From: an uncultured Chitinophaga sp.
Lineage (GTDB): Bacteria; Bacteroidota; Bacteroidia; M30B66
DNA length: 35,849 bases
Direction of reading: 5' to 3'
NCBI GenBank assembly: GCA_964627105.1
Contig: CAZVHF010000002.1
Location: 10,007-45,855, forward strand
Shown: piece by piece, positions 28,301 to 33,743 of the stretch
Layout: each line of letters starts with the position of its first letter
How positions within the stretch are numbered: position 1 is the first letter of the stretch
Program-made: the position numbers and the translations under genes
The notes under the pieces: model-generated
What the model was told of the DNA's origin: nothing
Seen by the model: only the letters and a program-made list of their open reading frames with translations
Database searches by the model: none

Positions 28301-28395
28301 TTCTCCTGAGCGAGAAGCTGGCCTGAAGCAAAAACAGAAAGAAAAACAGTGAAGAGGAGAGCGGAAAATGAGCGTAAAAAGGGGTTTTCGCGCAT
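19348..28395 (-). CDS. giant (3015 aa) cell-surface adhesin-like protein, T9SS type-B cargo
   Basis: Signal peptide ([12 protein letters not shown]). Asp/Cys-rich motif [22 protein letters not shown]. Seven to eight FG-GAP/VCBS-like DxDxDG repeats. A CARDB-like domain. 21 Ig/PKD-like repeats of about 82 aa. Four cadherin-like ~100-aa domains. C-terminal 'gliding motility-associated' type-B sorting domain. Confidence 0.92.
   Translation of the reverse strand: [3015 protein letters not shown]
19351..19632 (-). other. T9SS type-B C-terminal sorting domain (gliding motility-associated C-terminal domain)
   Basis: The last 94 aa are [60 protein letters not shown]...[15 protein letters not shown]...GYLTLWR. 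This matches the IPNAFTPNGDGxND...NRWG...W.G...LP.GTYYY pattern. Confidence 0.88.
19633..20403 (-). repeat. three further Ig/PKD-like repeats (units 19-21) after the cadherin-like cassette
   Basis: [19 protein letters not shown]..., [19 protein letters not shown]..., [17 protein letters not shown]... They follow the same pattern as units 1-18 but are more diverged. Confidence 0.7.
20404..21597 (-). repeat. four cadherin-like / 'tandem-95'-type domains arranged A-B-A'-B'
   Basis: The recurring element is NDxP ... ND-x-D-PDG ... GP-x-[HN]-GT ... DG-x-[FY]-TY-x-P ... G-x-DT-x-V-x-VCD-x-G-x-PLPEIC-x-x-DT. Units cover aa ~2267-2664. Confidence 0.75.
21598..26058 (-). repeat. 18 contiguous tandem coding repeats (~82 aa, ~248 nt each), Ig/PKD-like
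   Basis: Each unit follows P-x-x-[AV]-G-x-[DN]-[QL]-x-x-C-x(5)-L-x-A-x-x-P-x-x-G-x-G-x-W-x(3)-SG-x-[GA]-x(12-15)-[VI]-[ST]-x-[LI]-x-x-G-x-N-x-[FL]-x-W-T-[IV]-[ST]-N-G-x-C-x(5)-D-x-[VI]-x-[IV]. Example: [78 protein letters not shown]. Boundaries come from my residue counting (aa ~780-2266). Confidence 0.8.
26866..28143 (-). repeat. FG-GAP/VCBS-like repeat region (integrin-alpha-type beta-propeller) of the giant protein
   Basis: Ca-binding-loop-like motifs recur every 50-60 aa: [39 protein letters not shown], ([13 protein letters not shown]), [52 protein letters not shown]. Confidence 0.7.
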
Positions 28396-28550
28396 ACAAA
28401 AAAGTTAGCCACAAACCGATTGGTTTTAAATTCCGGTTTGGTGGTTGAAAATTCGCTTTAAATCGATTGGGCTGAATACCTGCTGTAAATGATTTGTCAA
28501 GATTGCCTTGTTGATAACACCGTATCATCATTTCGCATTAATTTTACGCC

Positions 28551-28892
28551 ATGCGCTTGCGTCTGTTAGAGAATCTGCATTTACCGTTCTGGCTTATCAA
28601 AGATGCCTGCTGGGCTTTGGTTTGGAGGCCTTTGGGTTTGATGATGATTGTGCCTACGCTCTTACTTTCGGTTTACCTCACGTGGATTTGCAGAAAAAAC
28701 ATGGGCGATTTCTTGCCGAATTTATCGGTAACGTTTTGGATAACGGCGAATTCTATTTGGATGACCGATGAGTTTTACAGCTTAGGTATTAAACCATATT
28801 GTCTGGTTTTTTTCGTTGCGGGTAGTGTTTCGATAGCCATTTGGCTGTTGAAGTATTTACCAAAGCTATGGCGCTTGTCGCGGGGTAATTAA
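28551..28892 (+). CDS. small hypothetical membrane protein (3-4 TM)
   Basis: 113-aa ORF with hydrophobic segments (LGLMMIVPTLLLSVYLTWI, LSVTFWITANSIWM, YCLVFFVAGSVSIAIWLL). No family recognised. The overlapping frame 28508..28771 looks less protein-like. Confidence 0.4.
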   Translation: MRLRLLENLHLPFWLIKDACWALVWRPLGLMMIVPTLLLSVYLTWICRKNMGDFLPNLSVTFWITANSIWMTDEFYSLGIKPYCLVFFVAGSVSIAIWLLKYLPKLWRLSRGN

Positions 28893-28935
28893 CACTATGT
28901 TTTGTTTCAATTCGGGCAAAATATGATTGAAAGAG

Positions 28936-28969
28936 GTTTGCATATTCGTTAAAAAAATATGTAGGTTTG
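28936..28969 (+). promoter_or_regulatory. candidate Bacteroidota promoter for the glutamate dehydrogenase gene (-33 TTTG, -7 TAGGTTTG)
   Basis: TAGGTTTG at 28962..28969 is an exact TAnnTTTG match, 38 nt upstream of the ATG at 29007. A TTTG at 28937..28940 lies 21 nt upstream of it. Confidence 0.35.
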
Positions 28970-29006
28970 CGCCCGATATTCCCAAATCAATCAAAAAAAA
29001 GATTTC

Positions 29007-30431
29007 ATGTCAAATCATTCGAACAGCAATGAGGCCAGTTTCTTTGATGATGTCCTCAAGTATTTCGATCGGGCGGCAAAATTTATTGATGTGCCCGAAG
29101 GTATTCTCGAACAAATAAAGCATTGCAATAGCGTTTACCAGATTCGTTTTCCGGTTAAAATCGGAAACGGCTATCAGGTAATTGAAGCATATCGCTCGGA
29201 GCATAGCCACCACAAGCTTCCTACAAAAGGAGGTATCCGCTACAGTATGGGTGTAAACCAGGATGAGGTGATGGCCCTTTCGGCGTTGATGACCTATAAA
29301 TGTGCAATTGTAGATGTGCCATTTGGAGGAGCAAAGGGCGGTATCAAAGTAGATCCGCGCAAGCTTTCGGCAGAAGAGATGGAACGCATTACCCGTCGAT
29401 ATACATCCGAACTTATTAAAAAGAATTTTATCGGTCCCGGCATCGATGTGCCTGCTCCCGATTATGGTTCGGGCGAGCGCGAAATGGCGTGGATTGTTGA
29501 TACGTATGCAACCTTTTTCCCGAACGAAATTAATGCCTTGGGATGCGTTACCGGAAAACCTGTTTCGCAGGGAGGTATTCGTGGCCGTAAGGAAGCAACA
29601 GGTCTCGGCGTATTTTATGGCGTACGCGAAGCCTTAAGTGTTGCAGAAGATTGTGCTCGTTGGGGAATGACTCCGGGCATTGCCGGAAAAACGTTTGTGG
29701 TTCAAGGCTTCGGAAACGTAGGGTTTCATTCATGCAAATTTGTGCATCAGGGCGGTGGAAAAATTGTTGCCATTGCCGAGTGGGATGGTGCAATTTACGA
29801 TGCGAACGGAATCGATCCACTGGCATTGGAATCGCATCGAAATAAAACAGGAAGCATCCTTAATTTCCCCGGAACAACCACAATCGACAAATATGCAGCG
29901 CTTGAACTAGAGTGCGATGTGTTGATACCTGCAGCACTCGAAAACCAGATCAACAAAGACAATGCAGACCGCATTAAGTGCAAAATTATTGCTGAGGCGG
30001 CAAATGGTCCTGTTACTGCCGATGCCGAAGAAGTGCTAAATAAGAAAGGCATTTACATTATTCCCGACATTTACCTCAACGCCGGTGGAGTTACGGTATC
30101 GTATTTTGAATACCTCAAAAATATAAGCCACGTGCGTTTTGGTCGTTTGGGTAAGCGTTATGATGAAGCTGCAGGTCGCAATATGCTAAGTGTTGTTGAA
30201 CAGATGACTGGCAATATGGCCACTGCTGCACAGCGCGAATTGATTGAACGCGGGGCCGATGAACTTGATCTTGTTTATTCTGGACTCGAAGAAACAATGA
30301 TTACAGCATACCATGCGATTCGCAGCGAATTACACAGCGGTGCCGGTGTTCCCGATTTACGCACTGCAGCATTTGTAACAGCAATTAAGAAAATTGCTAC
30401 ATCTTACAACTCGCTGGGAGTTTTTCCATAG
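29007..30431 (+). CDS. gdh: glutamate dehydrogenase, animal (GLUD1)-like subfamily with antenna-like insertion
   Basis: 474 aa. Blocks align by eye to bovine/human GLUD1: [131 protein letters not shown]. Confidence 0.92.
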   Translation: MSNHSNSNEASFFDDVLKYFDRAAKFIDVPEGILEQIKHCNSVYQIRFPVKIGNGYQVIEAYRSEHSHHKLPTKGGIRYSMGVNQDEVMALSALMTYKCAIVDVPFGGAKGGIKVDPRKLSAEEMERITRRYTSELIKKNFIGPGIDVPAPDYGSGEREMAWIVDTYATFFPNEINALGCVTGKPVSQGGIRGRKEATGLGVFYGVREALSVAEDCARWGMTPGIAGKTFVVQGFGNVGFHSCKFVHQGGGKIVAIAEWDGAIYDANGIDPLALESHRNKTGSILNFPGTTTIDKYAALELECDVLIPAALENQINKDNADRIKCKIIAEAANGPVTADAEEVLNKKGIYIIPDIYLNAGGVTVSYFEYLKNISHVRFGRLGKRYDEAAGRNMLSVVEQMTGNMATAAQRELIERGADELDLVYSGLEETMITAYHAIRSELHSGAGVPDLRTAAFVTAIKKIATSYNSLGVFP

Positions 30432-30452
30432 CCCATCAAAAAAACCGACTTC

Positions 30453-30486
30453 AAAGGCTGTCCAAAAAGACAGCCTTTTTTGTTTT
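30453..30486 (+). terminator. rho-independent terminator downstream of gdh
   Basis: 10-bp perfect stem AAAGGCTGTC / GACAGCCTTT with a 6-nt loop CAAAAA, followed by TTTTTTGTTTT. Lies 22 nt after the stop codon. Confidence 0.8.
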
Positions 30487-30487
30487 A

Positions 30488-30517
30488 CCACTTATTCTAA
30501 AAACTCGGCCACTTATC
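30488..30517 (+). promoter_or_regulatory. direct repeat CCACTTATT-N12-CCACTTATC (LytTR-box-like), upstream of the sensor kinase gene
   Basis: 9-mers at 30488..30496 and 30509..30517, start-to-start 21 bp, 71-100 nt upstream of the ATG at 30588. Candidate -7 boxes lie downstream (TGATTTTG 30547..30554; TATTTTTG 30571..30578). Confidence 0.45.
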
Positions 30518-30587
30518 AATCCAATTAGCCCTTTAATAAAGTGTAGTGATTTTGTTTCGAGGGCATAAGTTATTTTTGATTTAGCTT

Positions 30588-33500
30588 ATGATGGAAGTAT
30601 TGCGCAAGGTTGTTTCTGTATTTCTGTTTATACCGCTGTTTCTCAGCGGACAGGATTCGGTGCTTCGGTACTTCAATTACACTGCCGAGCAGGGACTTGC
30701 AAACAATGCCGTACACAGCACCCTGCTCGATAAAGACGGCTTTCTATGGATTGGAACCGAGGGTGGTTTATCGCGTTTCGATGGCAAGACGTTTACGAAC
30801 TACACGTGTGATCCACTCGATAGCAATAGTTTGAGTGGAAATTTGATTGTTGAGCTGTTTCAGGATCGAACCGGCTTAATTTGGATTGGCGTAGAAGATG
30901 GAGGCATCTCGGTGTTTAATCCCGAAACAGAACGATTTAAGCGCTACGTTTTTAACCCCGATAATCCAAATGAGGCGGGGAGCAATAAACCAACGGCATT
31001 TATTGAAGATTTGGAGGGCAATTTATGGATATCCTTCTGGAATAAAGGGCTGGCCCGTTTCGATCGATACACAAGCACGTTTTCGACGATTTCGTTCGAC
31101 AAGCGCAAAGCCGGCTATAACTTCAATGAAATTTTAGATGTGGCAACCGATGCAAATGGCCTCTTCTGGATAAGCACTCGGGCAGGCCTTTTGTCATTTA
31201 ATCCCCAAAACCGAAGCATTAAAACGCATCAGTCGGGCGATATTTCGGATGACTTGCTGCAAGGTGTTGCAGTGGGTGCCGATGGAAATATTTACTGCGG
31301 TAATTGGGGTGTGGGCATCCGTGTATACACGCCCAAAACAAATACTTGGCGCACGATTGCCATCGATTCAAACAACAAAATAGATGGTGTTAATCATTCC
31401 GGTCAACTTTGCTTCATCGATAAGAATAGGCTCGTTTTCAGCAATCGTAACAAGGGTTTCGGAATGTATAACTTGTTAACGGGCGAAATTCAAAAACTCG
31501 AATTTGAGGCCGAAAATCCTTTGAGTATTCGAAGTCAGGGGGCGGGGTTGTGCGTTAAAGCAGTTGGGAACAATTTTGCCCTTGGCTCAAAAGGTGGTTT
31601 GCATATTCTGTTAGGCAGGAATGCTGCAATCGAGCAATTTAACGCAACGGCTGCAAGCGGCAACGATCTGCCTGGCATTTCTGTTATTTCAAGCTTTTTC
31701 CCAAGTTTAAAAGAGCGAAAAATTTATGTTGGAACGTATTACTCGAAAGGTGTCTTTGTTTTCGATGAAGCATCGCAACAAGTCGATATTAAGCATCCCG
31801 CCGCTTTCGAAGGCGATGTGACTTCCGTTCAATGCGTCATTAAAAATCCATTTAATAGAAATGAATGCTGGTGGGGAACACATCGTGGGCTGATGCGGCT
31901 GATAACATCCGCAAATGCAGAGCGAAAACTGGAGCCAATTCGCTATGCAACAAAGCCCGGACAATTAATACCGGAACAAACAGTTTACCGGCTTTCGCAT
32001 GTTGGCGATACCATTTGGGCGACATGTGCAAAACACTTTTATGCCTATGCTTTTCAAAAAGATTCATTACACGATTTTTTCCCTGTATTATCAAAACTTC
32101 TAAGCGACACTGAATTGCAATTGCTCAGCATGGAGCCAGGCAAAAATGGTTGGTTTTATGGAGTTACGCATAGCCGCAGGTTGTTTCGGTTCCATCCAGT
32201 TCAGAACAAAGCAAACTGGATTTCGCTATCACCGGCAACAAAGGCCTTGCCGCAGGTAATTCATCAAGTTTTGGTTACAAACGACGGCATGGTTTGGCTC
32301 CTCGAGGGGCAGACCGGTCTTGCCTGCCTTAACCCCGAAACCAACGCTGTTCGATTTTATACCCAGAAAGACGGCCTGAAAATTTCGCGCTTCGTTTCCC
32401 TTTGTGCCGATTCGCAAGGCCGTATATGGATTCTCTCGGATGAAGGCATTTCAGTTTTGAATCCGCAAACTGGCTTTGTTCGCAACATGGGGGCAGCACA
32501 GGGACTCTCGCTCAGAGATGCCAATGTTATTGAATACAAGGAAGACGGTTTTATTTACATGGGCGGATTGAGTAAGTTCATTCGATTCAGACCCGAATCA
32601 CTCCTGTCAACCGGAGCCAATCAAAAAATTATTGTAACCGATATTTCGGTTATGGGTGAACCACTTAGTTCGGATAGTGCTTACCGTTCAATCCGTAAAA
32701 TTGAATGCAACTATAATGAAAATCTTTTGTCGTTTACCTTTTCGATACCGGACGCTTTCGACCGAAATGATTTTTATTTTTTTACACGGCTTGAGGGCCT
32801 GGATAAAAATTGGGTGCCTGCTTTGGAATCTGAAGTTTCGTATTCAGGCTTACCGCCCGGAAAATACAGGCTAAGCATACGGGCAAAAGACGGAATGGGC
32901 AATTGGTGCAGCAATGTGCACACGATTGAAATAATTATTACTCCTCCTTTTTGGAAAACACTTTGGTTCGGATTGCTTGTTTTTACGTTGGTTCTATCTG
33001 CTATCTATTTCGCTTTGCGTCAGCGCGTTGCTTTAATTAAAAAACGCGCTGCCGAGAAAAGTAAAATTCGGCAACAAATGGCCGAGCTCGAAAATCAGGC
33101 CTTGCGCAGCCAAATGAATCCGCATTTTATTTTCAATTGCCTCAATTCGATTAACGGCTTCATTGTTGGCAATAACCCCGATGAGGCTTCGCGTTTTGTA
33201 ACCAAATTCTCAAGACTTATCCGCCTTATTCTCGACAATTCCAAGGTTCCGTTTGTTACGCTTGAGCAGGAATTATCGGCCTTAAAGATATATATCGATT
33301 TGGAGAAGATGCGTTTCGCATCGGGCTTTGAAAGCAAGGTAGAGGTAGATTCACGCCTACACACTACTGCCCTTTTTATACCACCCATGATTTTTCAACC
33401 ATTTGTGGAGAATGCCATTTGGCATGGACTGTTGCACAAAGATACAAGCGGAAAGCTAACGGTTGAATTGTACGAAGCCGAGAACCATCTGTTTGTTAAA

Positions 33501-33731
33501 ATACAGGATAATGGAATTGGCCGTGCTGCCGCCTCCGAGCTCAAAAGCAAGTCATCCCTCAAAAGCAAGTCTTATGGGCTTGCCATTACCCGGCAGCGTA
33601 TTGTGAATTTTAATGCTGCGCAAAATGCCCAAAGCGATGATTCGGTGTATGTTGAAGACCTCGTTGATGATGCCGGAAACCCATGTGGAACGCGTGTTAC
33701 ACTTAAACTTGCTATACGGAACGAACCATAA
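30588..33731 (+). CDS. sensor histidine kinase: periplasmic two-component-regulator-propeller (Reg_prop) repeats + Y_Y_Y domain + TM + LytS/YehU-type kinase core
   Basis: 1047 aa. Reg_prop-like repeats (DKDGFLWIGTEGGLSRFDG, QDRTGLIWIGVEDGGISVFN, DLEGNLWISFWNKGLARFD, DSQGRIWILSDEGISVLN). Y_Y_Y block (FYFFTRLEGLDKNWVP...YSGLPPGKYRLSIRAKD). TM segment LWFGLLVFTLVLSAIYFAL. His_kinase (PF06580-type) signature LRSQMNPHFIFNCLNSINGFI, then the ATPase N/G boxes (FVENAIWHG, IQDNGIG). Confidence 0.9.
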   Translation: MMEVLRKVVSVFLFIPLFLSGQDSVLRYFNYTAEQGLANNAVHSTLLDKDGFLWIGTEGGLSRFDGKTFTNYTCDPLDSNSLSGNLIVELFQDRTGLIWIGVEDGGISVFNPETERFKRYVFNPDNPNEAGSNKPTAFIEDLEGNLWISFWNKGLARFDRYTSTFSTISFDKRKAGYNFNEILDVATDANGLFWISTRAGLLSFNPQNRSIKTHQSGDISDDLLQGVAVGADGNIYCGNWGVGIRVYTPKTNTWRTIAIDSNNKIDGVNHSGQLCFIDKNRLVFSNRNKGFGMYNLLTGEIQKLEFEAENPLSIRSQGAGLCVKAVGNNFALGSKGGLHILLGRNAAIEQFNATAASGNDLPGISVISSFFPSLKERKIYVGTYYSKGVFVFDEASQQVDIKHPAAFEGDVTSVQCVIKNPFNRNECWWGTHRGLMRLITSANAERKLEPIRYATKPGQLIPEQTVYRLSHVGDTIWATCAKHFYAYAFQKDSLHDFFPVLSKLLSDTELQLLSMEPGKNGWFYGVTHSRRLFRFHPVQNKANWISLSPATKALPQVIHQVLVTNDGMVWLLEGQTGLACLNPETNAVRFYTQKDGLKISRFVSLCADSQGRIWILSDEGISVLNPQTGFVRNMGAAQGLSLRDANVIEYKEDGFIYMGGLSKFIRFRPESLLSTGANQKIIVTDISVMGEPLSSDSAYRSIRKIECNYNENLLSFTFSIPDAFDRNDFYFFTRLEGLDKNWVPALESEVSYSGLPPGKYRLSIRAKDGMGNWCSNVHTIEIIITPPFWKTLWFGLLVFTLVLSAIYFALRQRVALIKKRAAEKSKIRQQMAELENQALRSQMNPHFIFNCLNSINGFIVGNNPDEASRFVTKFSRLIRLILDNSKVPFVTLEQELSALKIYIDLEKMRFASGFESKVEVDSRLHTTALFIPPMIFQPFVENAIWHGLLHKDTSGKLTVELYEAENHLFVKIQDNGIGRAAASELKSKSSLKSKSYGLAITRQRIVNFNAAQNAQSDDSVYVEDLVDDAGNPCGTRVTLKLAIRNEP

Positions 33732-33743
33732 TAAATTAGCATT

